NCBI GenBank assembly: GCA_002269645.1 | Contig: NIVC01002511.1 | Coordinates: forward strand, 101,818-165,817 | Length of the DNA stretch: 64,000 bases | DNA from: Macrostomum lignano | Lineage: Eukaryota | Direction: 5' to 3' | Shown here: positions 23,671 to 43,003 of the stretch, piece by piece | Numbering within the stretch: the first letter of the stretch is position 1 | How the letters are laid out: each line of letters opens with the position of its first letter | Translations under genes and position numbers: made by a program | The notes under the pieces: generated by a model | The model's database searches: none | Told to the model about the DNA's origin: nothing | The model's input: only the letters and a program-made list of their open reading frames with translations

Positions 23671-24629
23671 GTGGTACCCCTGATATTGATGTAACCGGCT
23701 TATTGAAAAATAAGTTTACTATCGAATGAGTTTATATTACGCTAATTAACAAACTTGACCACAAAAATATGGTAATGTGGTTTAACCATCCTTCTATACA
23801 CTGAATTTGGTTCCGAGCTCGGGAGCTCAGCTTTCTCTATCATGTCGCGAGTCTCAATCTGTCAGATGATCGAGACTGCCAATTGCGTGTAAATACCACC
23901 CAAAGCTGACCAATCCTGGACTCAGCACAAGTGAGTTTGCTATAGGAGTGTCTAACGGGATTCCGATTCTGCTGCATATTGCAACGGAGAGTGGAATTGA
24001 GTAGCCAAACCAGCCAACCGCCGGAGGATAGCAGCTCGCGGAGATTCCTCCGGATGAGCTGGTAGACAAGAAAGCAAAAGACAGCTGCTAGTGGCTACAT
24101 AAGTAAGGAGAAGGGAAAGAGACTAAAATGATGTATTAATCCTGACTTAATCTGGCCTAGATGAGCTATCTATAGGCGCTGAGCACACAGTAAATGGTTC
24201 CCAGCTGAAGAGAAACCAGATGGGAGTTCTCTATCCACACCACCCACCGCGGGCCGCTATAGATACATATTAGGACTTGACAAAGTTTTCACGCAAGCAA
24301 GCCGCAGTCACACAATCAATCACTCAGCCAATTGATCCAGGAAATTACTACTCGCTAATGAGGCACACAGGCGGGTGGATGGACGCTGTTGGACCGACTA
24401 GGGGACTCCAGAATCGAGCCATCGCGATCTAGCTAGCCTTATCCTTAGACTTCGCTGATCCCTTCTTCTCACTTTCTCCGCTAAGCCTACTTTGAACACT
24501 CGCCCGCTGTGTCTGTCTCTTAGTCAGGCCTTCATTTTATCATATCTGCTCAATTCTCTTTTAGCTTCTCTGCCCGGACAATGTCACCAATTCAAGCTGC
24601 ATGGACCGAGAGAATGCATGTCTACAGAC

Positions 24630-25284
<655 letters not shown>

Positions 25285-25290
<6 letters not shown>

Positions 25291-25470
25291 TTGCCTGTGT
25301 GTCTAATTCTGTCTGTCTCTCTTGCCTGTGTGTCTAATTCTGTCTGTCTCTCTTGCCTGTGTGTCTAATTCTGTCTGTCTCTCTTGCCTGTGTGTCTAAT
25401 TCTGTCTGTCTCTCTTGCCTGTGTGTCTAATTCTGTCTGTCTCTCTTGCCTGTGTGTCTAATTCTGTCTA
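25285..25470. repeat. 31-bp tandem repeat (ttgcctgtgtgtctaattctgtctgtctctc), about 6 units
   Basis: Direct inspection; adjacent to the TGTC tract and apparently derived from it. Confidence 0.85.
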
Positions 25471-26506
25471 ATTGCGAATCAGGGACCGTGGCGCGAGAGT
25501 CAGCCAGTTAATCTTGCCCGTCTGGGTCAAAGCAGAAGTGTTTAAGGGTTATACCACAGAAGCATCTTAGGAATTCTGAAAAAAACAACAGTTGGATTAT
25601 AATGACCGCTGCTGTAACAGGTCAGAGACACTGACTGATCAATTATGCAGTTTTAATTGCTGCTTTCAGAAGCTCGGATAGACGGTATAGCTGCAAACGA
25701 TCGGTTGCTAACCAGCCGATAAAAATGGTTGCATGAATAAAGAAAATGTTTGTTGCAGGCCGCCGACTCCTCCCATCAGTTTGATCGCGGCGGGTGCAGC
25801 GGGCGGAGGAACAGTTTCCAAACTGCACGGTCCCGACAGCTGTCTGCAATTGTTCAATCGTCATCAGTTATTTTTGCTGGCCGTGCCTTTAAAGAGCAAT
25901 TCACCCGAGAATGCTGCACAGGGGTTGAGGCACTTAAAAGCGCGGCGATAGGAACTTAACGCAGTTGTCGTAAAAACATGTTCACCTGAGGAGTAAAATG
26001 GGGGAAAACAGGAATTCTTAGTTTTTGAAATGACCAGATTTAGTGCCTTTGGAAAACAAAGACCTTTTTTAAAGGGTTCCGGCGCAAAGCGACTTCTCTT
26101 GTCCGGCATTTTAATCGGATGCCTGTCGCGCAGACACTCATTGTTGAAATTGTCTGAACCCATGCAACATTATCCTCCAATTTTCCTTTCATATCCCAAG
26201 AAGCTTATAATTTTAGCTCACTTTTGCGCCCGAGCGAGTTTGGACAAATTTGACAAATGGTCAAGATGGCCCGGGCTCTCTTAGCTCGCTCCGGTTATTA
26301 GAAAGGGACAGTTTTGTCCGATGTTCTGAATTTAGGCCTTATCGAAATTTTCTGTCTGTAAACTAAAAACTTCTTGAGTTTCTTCACGTAGTTTCAGTGA
26401 AATTGACCTGACCAAACTTTCATTAAAATTTTTTAAAAAATATTACGGGTGTAAAATTCTAGCGCAATTTAAAAATTTAAAAGCACCCAGCACGTCAGCA
26501 GACTGG

Positions 26507-26815
26507 CGCCCCCGGTGCTGGCGCCCCCGGTGCTGGCGCCCCCGGTGCTGGCTCCCCTGGTGCTGGCGCCCCTGGTGCTGGCGCCCCTGGTGCTGGCGCC
26601 CCTGGTGCTGGCGCCCCTGGTGCTGGCGCCCCTGGTGCTGGCGCCCCTGGTGCTGGCGCCCCTGGTGCTGGCGCCTCTGGTGCTGGCGCCCCTGGTGCTG
26701 GCGCCCCTGGTGCTGGCGCCTCTGGTGCTGGCGCCCCCGGTGCTGGCGTCCCCGGTGCTGGCGCCCCCGGTGCTGGCGTCCCCGGTGCTGGCGTCCCCGG
26801 TGCTGGCGTCCCCGG
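26507..26815. repeat. 15-bp minisatellite (ggcgcccctggtgct), about 20 units
   Basis: Reverse complement of the 23.5-kb and 56.5-kb arrays. Confidence 0.93.
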
Positions 26816-28109
26816 TAGCAAGCTATGCATAAATTCTAAGAAAGTAAAGAAGTTGAGGCGATTAAAAGACATATTTAAACTCAATTTTAACGGCAACTCC
26901 CCAACTCGAAGACACAACTCGAATTCTTTATCTTGGACTGCGGATTTTTTCGAATCGTTTTAGCGCCAGTCGAGAAAGCAGGAAGGTAGGAAGGCAAGCA
27001 GCGGACCGCCCGCCACACGGGGGAGGATTTCAAAGTTTTGATGGATTCACACCAGGTGTCTAACAAGGCCCCCCTCGGCGCTTTTGACATCTGTGACCGC
27101 CCCCCCCCCCCTAATTCTCCTCCCCCTTTTTTCTTTTATTTATCTCTTAAACTGTTTCCTCACTCCACTCTCCCCACTCTTCCCTCATCCGTAGAGGTGT
27201 GCATGTGTTGTGTGTGGGTTCCCGGACCCATTTAGACTGTCGCGCAAGCAATCCATGCAGAGGCCAAGCAATTTATGACGAGGAGCCCATGGGCCAGCTA
27301 ATAGGCCACTAGCTAGTCTTCTGACCACACTAATTCATTTGCTTGCCTCCTCCAAAACAAATACACCTAATGGGGCTGCTGCTAAGCCACTTAACAGCTT
27401 AACAACTTTTAACACCGGACGCTGGGGCCAAACTAGACAGACCAGAAATCCGTCTCTATAGCTGCGTCTCTAAGGCCGCAGAATATCTTATTATAACAGG
27501 GAATGTCAACCCCATGCAGCCTTACTAATGGGGCCCATAAGAGATAGTGGCCCCGTTCTCTTCATTCTTAAGTTGTGACTTTCGAACTTAGCGGATTGTC
27601 TATGCCTGTCTGCCCGCCTGTCTGCCCGACTGTCTGTTCCCCGTGTCATTGCTCGTTTATCACTGACCACTTTGCATTGCCACTGAGGTAAGGAGGTTTC
27701 TAAGCTGGGTTGCCGAGAAACCGCTGCCAAAAGCCACTCTGCGCGTCTACCACCTACCTTTCTCGGCCTTCCTGACGGCTCCGCCTCCCCCCGCACACGG
27801 CCCGAAACTGAAAATTCAATTTTCAAACCGGTTGTGTCCGAGAGGAGAAGTCATGGCCATACCTTGGCAACTAGGATTTTCGCGTGTTCATAAGACTTTG
27901 CCTTGTGCAGTTGTCATTAGCGAGCAATGATAAGCCAAATAAATATACCAAAGTCGTCACTGATCATCAGTATGTTAATTTTCTAATTGGAGATTTGCTA
28001 CTTGCTACCTGCTTATCATCTGCAACCGAAAGCCAGATATTTTTGTCGATGTCTCTCATTCTCAAACTTTTCTCTGGGCTCTTAAGGTCGTTCCGTATAT
28101 TTAGTTTCT

Positions 28110-30228
28110 TTTGGATTCTATCAGACCTCACTCAGGATTCTATCAGACCTCATTCAGGATTCTATCAGACCTTACTCAGGATTCTATCAGACCTTTCCTT
28201 ACTCAGGATTCTATCAGACCTTACTTAGGATTCTATCAGACCTTACTCAGGATTCTATCAGACCTTACTCAGGATTCTATCAGACCTTACTCAGGATTCT
28301 ATCAGACCTTACTCACGATTCTATCAGACCTCACTCGGGATTCTATCAGACCTTAACTCAGGATTCTATCAGACCTTACTCAGGATTTTATCAGACCTCA
28401 CTCAGGATTCTATCAGACCTCATTCAGGATTCTATCAGACCTTACTCAGGATTCTATCAGACCTTTCCTTACTCAGGATTCTATCAGACCTTACTTAGGA
28501 TTCTATCAGACCTTACTCAGGATTCTATCAGACCTTACTCAGGATTCTATCAGACCTTACTCAGGATTCTATCAGACCTTACTCACGATTCTATCAGACC
28601 TCACTCGGGATTCTATCAGACCTTAACTCAGGATTCTATCAGACCTTACTCAGGATTCTATCAGACCTTACTCAGGATTCTATCAGACCTCACTCAGGAT
28701 TCTATCAGACTTTAACCCAGGATTCTATCAGACCTTTACTCAGGATTCTATCAGACCTCACTCGGGATTCTATCAGACCTTACTCAGGATTCTATCAGAC
28801 CTTACTCAGGATTCTATCAGACCTTACTCACGATTCTATCAGACCTCACTCGGGATTCTATCAGACCTTAACTCAGGATTCTATCAGACCTCAATCGGGA
28901 TTCTATCAGACCTCACTCAGGATTCTATCAGACCTTACTCAGGATTCTATCAGACCTCACTCAGGATTCTATCAGACCTTACTCAGGATTCTATCAGACC
29001 TTACTCAGGATTCTATCAGACCTTACTCAGGATTCTATCAGACCTTACTCAGGATTCTATCAGACCTTACTCAGGATTCTATCAGACCTTACTCAGGATT
29101 CTATCAGACCTTACTCAGGATTCTATCAGACCTTACTCAGGATTCTATCAGACCTTACTCAGGATTCTATCAGACCTCACTCAGGATTCTATCAGACCTT
29201 ACTCAGGATTCTATCAGACCTTACTCAGGATTCTATCAGACCTCACTCAGGATTCTATCAGACCTTACTCAGGATTCTATCAGACCTTACTCAGGATTCT
29301 ATCAGACCTCACTCAGGATTCTATCAGACCTTACTCAGGATTCTATCAGACCTTACTCAGGATTCTATCAGACCTCACTCAGGATTCTATCAGACCTTAC
29401 TCAGGATTCTATCAGACCTCACTCAGGATTCTATCAGACCTTACTCAGGATTCAATCAGACCTTTACTTACTCAGGATTCTATCAGACCTTACTCAGGAT
29501 TCTATCAGACCTTACTCAGGATTCTATCAGACCTTACTCAGGATTCTATCAGACCTTACTTAGGATTCTATCAGACCTTACTCAGGATTCTATCAGACCT
29601 TAACTCAGGATTCTATCAGACCTCACTCAGGATTCTATCAGATCTCACTCAGGATTCTATCAGACCTTACTCAGGATTCTATCAGACCTTAACTCAGGAT
29701 TCTATCAGACCTCACTCAGGATTCTATCAGACCTTACTCAAGATTCTATCAGACCTTACTCAGGATTCTATCAGACCTTACTCAGGATTCTATCAGACCT
29801 TACTCAGGATTCTATCAGACCTTACTCAGGATTCTATCAGACCTTACTCAGGATTCTATCAGACCTTACTCAGGATTCTATCGGACCTCACTCAGGATTC
29901 TATCAGACCTCACTCAGGATTCTATCAGACCTTACTCAGGATTCTATCAGACCTTAACTCAGGATTCTATCAGACCTCACTCAGGATTCTATCAGACCTT
30001 ACTCAGGATTCTATCAGACCTCACTCAGGATTCTATCAAACCTTACTCAGGATTCTATCAGACCTTACTCAGGATTCTATCAGACCTTACTCACGATTCT
30101 ATCAGACCTCACTCGGGATTCTATCAGACCTTACTCACGATTCTATCAGACCTCACTCGGGATTCTATCAGACCTTAACTCAGGATTCTATCAGACCTCA
30201 CTCGGGATTCTATCAGACCTTACTCAGG
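28110..30228. repeat. 22-bp minisatellite (actcaggattctatcagacctt), about 95 units
   Basis: Period of 22, with a 270-bp higher-order duplication at the left end. Confidence 0.96.
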
Positions 30229-32429
30229 CAAACTTGAGCACTTCTGTGCGTGCTCAAAGTTTGTACAGCATTATTCCAAAGCAGGAAAAAAACAATCCTT
30301 CCCCAAAAAACTAGGATTCGTGCATATTAGTCAGGAACTAAGCTTAGACAGTTTCCAGTTATTTAGCAGTCGAATTCGTGTCCCGGAATTCAAATTCGTT
30401 TTGGTTTAGTTTCGCCGACAAGTGTCGAGAATTTCATTATGAAAAGAAAACTTTATATTTTTTATGTCTGCTAACAAACCAAAGCAGAAAAAAGGGGATG
30501 GAATTGGGGAGATTTTCGATACTCATGCACACGCCCGAAATGGCGAAATTGGAAGTTTGTCAACTCTGTAAGGCATGCCGAAGCAGCGCAAAAGAAAGAA
30601 AAAGCGAGTTGGCTACACAACTGGCTGCTTTTTCTCTGTTCTTCTTTTCGAATCTGTGCAGAAATTTCAGTTCGTTACAATTATACAATCTTGGCTAAGC
30701 AAAGAAGACAGGACAGATAGACACATTCTGGGAAGGGGGGTTGGATACAACCTGTGGATCAGAGAGATGTTCATCATCATAGCGTCAGTGGTTGGTAGGC
30801 GCAGGTGGTTGTTAATTTCGCAGTGATAAAACTATCATCATATGCGACGCTAGAAACAGGTTTTATGCAGCGTAGGTAGTCCTGTTGGTGACTTGTTTTT
30901 AGTTGCACAAGTTTCTGTTTTCAGCAGGACAACTGAGATGTATAAATGAATATTTAGTACCCGCTTCTGAAATCGTTTGCGGACACCTGGAAATGGAAAA
31001 AAACATAAAGAATAAAAACTTTGATGACAAAAGAATTGTCATTTATTTTTCGGTACAAAGCGCGGCCGTCAATTCGACAATATACTGTCCACACTTTCCT
31101 GTGGCTGCCTTGCAGAATCAGTAAGCAATCATAGTACACAATAGCACAGCATAATCTATTTTCATGCTAAATATTTTTGTTAATTCTCATAATAACAACA
31201 ACCAAAGCGAAAAAGAAGGCTGATTTTATTTAAAAAGTTTACGCGATAATTAGAAAGCAAACATAAAGCAGAAACGACGTGTAAATTTTCAAAACATTAC
31301 AATTTAGTTTTAGTTAAAGCAATTGAATATTTGGTTACTTAAAGTACATTCCGAAACGTTTGGATAAGGAGAAGCCAATAAAATTCTGTTTCTTTGAACT
31401 TTTTATTTAATTTTATCGCAAAATCTGAGGCGCCAAAGAAAGGAAGATGATATGCAAGCAGGAGAAAAAATTATTTTATAAGGTGATGTAATGTAGTTGT
31501 TAGTTTATAATCATAGTATTTCTTCTATACAAGGGCTGCATAATATTATGTTTCGAACAAACGTATCTGGGGTACTCTAATTGTTAACTGATTTTTTAAT
31601 TTTATACTTAACATTAACTCGTGTAGCCTAACTTGTTAATAGCATTTGAGAAGGAAAACTGTACAAAATCAGTTTACTTTAGAACATGTAGCTATCGTAG
31701 TCTATTAAGTCTTCAGACGATCAAATTTTCAAAGCTTTCGATTATAAAATTGAAAATTAATTAGCTAAGCTAGCCATTAGAAAATTAGGTAAATTCAAGA
31801 CTTGACTTTGAGTGAGAATACTTTTGATTTTAAAAACTTAGGATGCTATTTTTAGAATTCCACGACTTGTGTTGGTAACAAGGGAATTATGAGATTATTT
31901 TGAGATTCGAACATAGATCTTATTTAAGACTTATTGATTGGACGAGTAATAAAACGAAATTCTCTCGGCTATTTGTCATTTTGTGTAACTGACCAGTTAG
32001 TTATGAAAAGCTTCTCCCAAAAGGTCAAAAGCGATTAGTAGGCTAGTCCAGAAAGAAGACAAGAGCGGAGAAGCGACACAACACGATGAGATACGGCAGT
32101 AATAAAACCGGAAAATTTAATTTTACATTTAATAATGCCACGCACTGTCATTCTTTTCTAATTTTAAAGTTAATTTAAAAAGCCAGGGATTTCTTGGCGC
32201 TCTAAAAAACTAACCTTAATCCAAGTAGCTTCCACGGTTTTTTAGACTAAGTTTTGTTTTAACGAAAACATTTTTCTAGTTCCTGTGTGCAATCAAAATC
32301 AATCAAAGTAATTGATTTTCTTCTGAGAGGAATAAATTTTCTGTGTTCGCTCCCTCCGGTCTTCTCTCCGAATTAGACTGATTTTACAAGTAGTTCAGAA
32401 TTAATTCAAACCAGAATCCAAAATCTTGC

Positions 32430-37501
<5,072 letters not shown>

Positions 37502-38489
37502 GCTGGTCTGCTTTTTATGTAAAGGACAGCAGAAGGCAAGGGCTATTATTTAGGAGATTTTAGAGAGGCGTTAAACACGGGATCCCATCCGTGGGATTTA
37601 TTTTAAAGCTTTGCCTCCGAGTGGGGGGGGGGGTTCAGAGTGGGGACTGGAGGAGGGTGGGCGAGAAGAAAGCGGCACTGCTGGCAGCCAATAGGGGATC
37701 GAGTTTTAAAAACTTCCCCCGGTCAATTTGGGAGGAGGCGCGCCATTGAGGGGTCCTGCGCATGAACTGAGCCAGTCATGGACTACTGCACTCACTGGAT
37801 TGGAAGCACCTGTTAATTTTTCAATACGGCCTTCAAACATAAGTTAATCTCAAGCTTAGGCACTGCAAAGTTAAGCTAAATTGGCTCCGGTTAGTAGGAT
37901 TTAAGGGTCAAGGAGGGAGCGGGAGCCCCTCTGAACGATTTTGCCAGGAAACATAACACCTCATTTTACTAAAGGAGGAAGGGGTTCAAACATTTTAATC
38001 ATGGACTCAAGGGCGCGCTGCATGGCACATGCGAGCATAGTTTTTCGAACTGGGAAGTTTTTAATTCAATTTTTGAAAACAGATTTTATAACTACGAGCT
38101 AATAGGCCCGGCACAGATTGGGTCATCCGTTCATTGATTTACGAGACCAAACTATGAGAAAAACGTGTCAAAAGACGTCTGTCACGGTCTCTAGTTATAT
38201 GGTCATTTTTTCACACTTAATTTCTTTACAACACATACGGCTGAGGTGGCGAGGAGTGTTGTAAACCTGAAATCTTTCATATTTTATTGGATAAATCTGA
38301 TGGGCTGTTTTAGTCTTGCGCATGCAATCTGTGTGCTCAATTTTGGGAAAACTTTAAAGTTTGAGTTTAATGACCGCGAATATAATTTGCCTCTAATTCT
38401 ATTGATAATATGTGTATCAAGATTGCAGAGAAGCTTTCATTAGACGAGTTTCAATGTGGGCGCTGAAATCAAAGGGTGCCCCATGCCAA

Positions 38490-39450
38490 GGAAGATCGAG
38501 AATGGCGCCAAGATCAAGAATATGGCGCTAAGATCAAGAATGGCGCCAAGATCAAGAATGGCGCCTAAGTCAAGAGTTGGCGCCAAGATCAAGGATGGCG
38601 CCTAAGTCAAGAATGGCGCCAAGATCAAGAATGACGTCTATAGGTCAAAAATGGCGCCAAGATCAAGAATGGCGCCAAGATCAAGAATGGCGCCAAGATC
38701 AAGAATGGCGCCAAGATCAAGAATGGCGCCAAGATCAAGAATGGCGCCAAGATCAAGAATGGCGCCAAGATCAAGAATGGCGCCAAGATCAAGAATGGCG
38801 CCTAAGTCAAGAGTGGCTCCAAGATCAAGGATGGCGCCTAAGTCAAGAATGGCGCCAAGATCAAGAATGGCGCCTAAGTCAAGAGTTGGCGCCAAGATCA
38901 AGAATGGCGTCTATAGGTCAACAATGGCGCCAAGATCAAGAATGGCGTCTATAGGTCAACAATGGCGCCTAAATCAAGAGTTGATACCATGCAAGATCAA
39001 GAAAATCGTCAAGATCAAGAATGGCGCCAAGATCAAGAATGGCGCCAAGATCAAGAATGGCGCCAAGATCAAGAATGGCGCCAAGATCAAGAATGGCGCC
39101 AAGATCAAGAATGGCGCCAAGATCAAGAATGGCGCCAAGATCAAGAATGGCGTCAAGATCAAGAATGGCGCAAAGATCAAGGATGGCGCCTAAGTCAAGA
39201 GTGGCGCCAAGATCAAGAATGGCGCCTAAGTCAAGAATGGCGCCAAGATCAAGAATGGCGCCTAAGTCGAGAGTTGGCGCCAAGATCAAGGATGGCGCCT
39301 AAGTCAAGAATGGCGCCAAGATCAAGAATGGCGTCTATAGGTCAAAAATGGCGCCTAAATCAAGAGTTGACACCATGCAAGATCAAGAAAATCGTCAAGA
39401 TCAAGAATGGCGCCAAGATCAAGAATGGCGCCAAGATCAAGAATGGCGCT
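38490..39450. repeat. 18-bp minisatellite (aatggcgccaagatcaag)
   Basis: Period of 18, with a 386-bp higher-order repeat. Confidence 0.94.
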
Positions 39451-40524
39451 TAGGCAAAGAAGGGTCAGTGAGTCGCTGATTTAACGCCACTGTCGGGACG
39501 CAATTATTAATTGGCTTTTAAACGATGCGTGCTTAAGACTTTGGGGGGGGGGGTTGTGGAGTCATGGACTCACTGATCAGCTAATTGGTAGGCTCACATC
39601 AGACAGGTGATTTTTATCCAAAATCCAAGATTGAAAGAAGCTGGCCATGCAGCGTAATTTTTAAGGGAGTCTTCTAGTTCTGAGGCTCCTTGTGTGCTGG
39701 TATTGAGAAAGTCTGCTGAAGGTTAATTGAAAACCTAATTGAGCAAACATATGCAGGCTCGGAAAGGATTGGAGTTCATTATAGTCGAATTTAACAAAGC
39801 GCAAAAAAAGTATTCATCCAGTGAGTTCGGTCGAAATTATACAAAGCTTCTTTACTGATGTAGATTTTATCAAAGTAATCCGAAAATTAAAATCGATACT
39901 ATGGATCTGCTGATTAGGCAACTCGGGAATTCACTTTCCATAAATAGTATATACATGACCAGATGAAGATTCAGTGAGAAGAAGGAACGGCAATGTCTAA
40001 GCCATCAGTTCATTTCGGATTATGGTGTACCTTCTTTTTTGGAGGGAAAAAGAATCGCTCTATCTGCATTGTCTTGAAAGAATTGGCCTGTTTAAGCTAC
40101 TTATAAGCCTATAATTAAACAGTTGAAGTCAGACATTGTCCATTGATCGCACACTGATGATATTAAGCCATATGTTGACTGTGTGTATTAAAACTTGACC
40201 ATAAGCTTTTCTACTTGCAGTTTGACATTATTTGACAAGAGATTAGACAGATGAAAGGAACGCTATGTGGACTAGTATAATATATATTGTGTTTTACTAA
40301 GAGTATTAATAGAATTTAGACAGCTGTTCTGCTAGCAAAACTTTTAATAACACTATTATAGGCCAAACACATGCATGCACGAAGGCAAGGAGCATTAGAG
40401 TCCCAGATAAAGAGCTCCGAACCAAACGATAGACCCAGGGTTGGTATTTTTTGGCCTAGCAAATGGGAGTGCAAGCGTCCCATGAGGTCCCTGTAACTAC
40501 GGGATTCTAGCTCTATTTCGGCGC

Positions 40525-40845
40525 CAAGATTAAGGGTGGCGCCAAGATCAAGAATGGAGCCTAGATCAAGAATGGCGCCAAGATCAAGAATGGCGCCTGG
40601 ATCAAGATTGGCGCCAAGATCAAGGGTTTCGCCAAGATCAAAGATGGAACCCAGATCGAGAATGGCGCCAAGATCAAAAGTGGCACCAAGATCAAGAATG
40701 GAGCCTCGATCAAGAATGGAGCCTAGATCAAGAATGCCGAAAAAGATCAAGAATGGTGCCAATATCAAGGGTGGCGCCAAGATCAAGAGTGGTACCAAGA
40801 TCAAGAAGCGCCAAGATCAGGAATGGCGCCAAGATCAAGAATGGC
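40525..40845. repeat. Diverged 18-bp minisatellite, same family as 38490-39450
   Basis: ggcgccaagatcaag units with many substitutions. Confidence 0.85.
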
Positions 40846-43003
40846 CTAGATGGATATACATATATAAGCAATCTGAAGTTCGGGGAGCTTCTCGCCCAAG
40901 ACGACCCTTGGTTTCGATTCTTCACGCGGCGCTATACTACTAAGGCACTACGGAAAAAATCACCAAGGTGATTTTCAGTATTTAGCGCCTCTTTATTTTG
41001 GCAAGGGCGAAATTTTTAGTGCTATTCTGGTACTGCAAGAAACTTTTTTTCTTTATGTTAGAGTTCGCCTACTGATAAGTAGAAAGTATAGAGTATGGCG
41101 CGCAGAAAGCTTGGGCCGGCAAAGCATATCGCCATGCGAGAGTGCAGCAGAGTATAAGTAGAATTTCTGTTCTGAAATGCCGAAATTGGACGTTGATGTC
41201 CCCAGGGCAGCTCCCCCGGCCTTTCGAACTGACGAGAGCGTCGGGACTGAAGGCCCTATACCAGAGAACAGCTACGAGGTACATCGACGGTAAATTATCT
41301 GACGCACCCTGAGTACTTGATATTACTTTTGTGGGTTGCGTCTTTTGTCGTTTGGTTGTTTATTTATCAGTTTTTTTGCATGGAAATTGGCCACCCTAGA
41401 ACTTATTTCAAACTATGATTCACGTCCATGAGGGCCAGCCTGCCAAGAATATATATTATACATGAAGGTTCATATATAGTGTGTTGCTGTGTACATCCTG
41501 ATGTACAGCCGTACAAATACTGAACCAATAAACTACTAATTACTTCTTCAAGTATATTCATTTAGAAAAGTATTGTAACCCGTAATCCAAGATTAAAATA
41601 ATCGTTAGAATATTCAAAATAATATGAGTAAGTTTAAGTTTGGTTCAATATTGAGGTCTGAAAGCAATTTTGGAGCTAATTTTAATAAATACGAGCGTAC
41701 TTTCTTTGCGTAATGTGCTACTAAAAGTAGAGCAGCCAAAAGAAATTCGAATTATTTTTAAAAGGAATGACGTGAAGATTTAAGATAGAGCTTGTCTTCA
41801 CCGATTGTATCTAATATATTTTAGCAATAAATTCGTTTCGAAATATTTTTCTTTTAAGATACGCGATTCTGCGACACACGACTTACAAATCTCTCTGGGG
41901 ATAGGAAAACAAAAATACGAAGTTCATTTTTTTGAAGAAACAAAAAGTTGGTGATCATGAATCTTGAATTGTTGTAAAAATAGAATCATGCAGAGAATCA
42001 TCAAAAGTGATATATTGAGTTGGTTGCATCATTTGCAATGAATGTTTTGCTTTAAAATAAATGAAAAAAATAGATGAAAAAATTCGTAAAAGAAAAACAG
42101 ATTATAATTCTCTTAACACTTGAATCATGTAGTTCGTAAAAAAACAAATGAGGAACAAAACGTTAAGAATAATGTTTTACCGTCGATTTAACAGTTTAAA
42201 GAAAATAAGTTTCAGATTTTCAAAGCTTCGAATAAATAATTATAATAGTCAATATCTCATAAATATGCAGATGCTTAAATTTAGCTTCAAGATTTAAAAC
42301 ATCACCGAAGAAAAATGTTGCACATCTAAAACAAAAATGATTGAAATTCGAATTACATCTTATCAGATTTTTGAAAGTGTAGATTCATGAAAAAAAATTA
42401 AAAAATTCAGGCGCTTCATTTACTTTGATTTTAATAGAAATCAAAGAAAAGTTGTAAATCTTCATAGGATTTAAATTGACTGGCTGGTTTTAATAAGGAT
42501 ATAGTATACTTACTGCATATACAGGTGCATGTCTTTAGCTTTCTTTATTGTTAAACTTGTTGAAACAGATGTTTTCATAAAAAAAATTATGATTTTGCAA
42601 AAAATTACGAGTAGCTAAAGCGAAAAAATATTTTTTGTTACAATAAAGTGATTAAACAACGTTTTGATAGCTTCTTCACAAATTGCATTTACCATATGCA
42701 GCTAGTTCCTAGAAAAGCAGCACATTATTTACATGGCTGGCAGGTTCAATATTGCATGCATCTAGCTAGCTAGTCTTTAAGTTTTATAATTTTTTATACA
42801 CTCTCAATATATTTTCTTTGTTAATCTTTTCCATGCAGGCAAAAAATGTGCACCCGAGCTCTTGCCTGTGCATGTACTTGCTGTATACATGCATACGATG
42901 CTTGAACATTTCATCCATATGATTTAATTTTTTGTCGGGGGAAATATAGTTCATTTTACCAAATCACCAGCTGACGTCTAATTTTGATTTTATAATCGTC
43001 CGC

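Noticed and set aside
26495-26917. Collagen- or elastin-like (GAPAP)n ORF
   Set aside because: It is the 15-bp minisatellite, found at three loci in both orientations, with no splice or start context.
28110-30228. CRISPR-like appearance of the short regular repeats
   Set aside because: The units are head-to-tail with no unique spacers, there are no cas genes and the context is eukaryotic.
38577-39453. (WRQDQE)n and (MAPRSR)n ORFs
   Set aside because: They come from the 18-bp array and are open in several frames on both strands.
39751-40095. 115-codon frame interrupted only by three TGA codons (selenoprotein or readthrough?)
   Set aside because: There is no recognisable domain or SECIS, and the stop density is compatible with chance or a decayed repeat.
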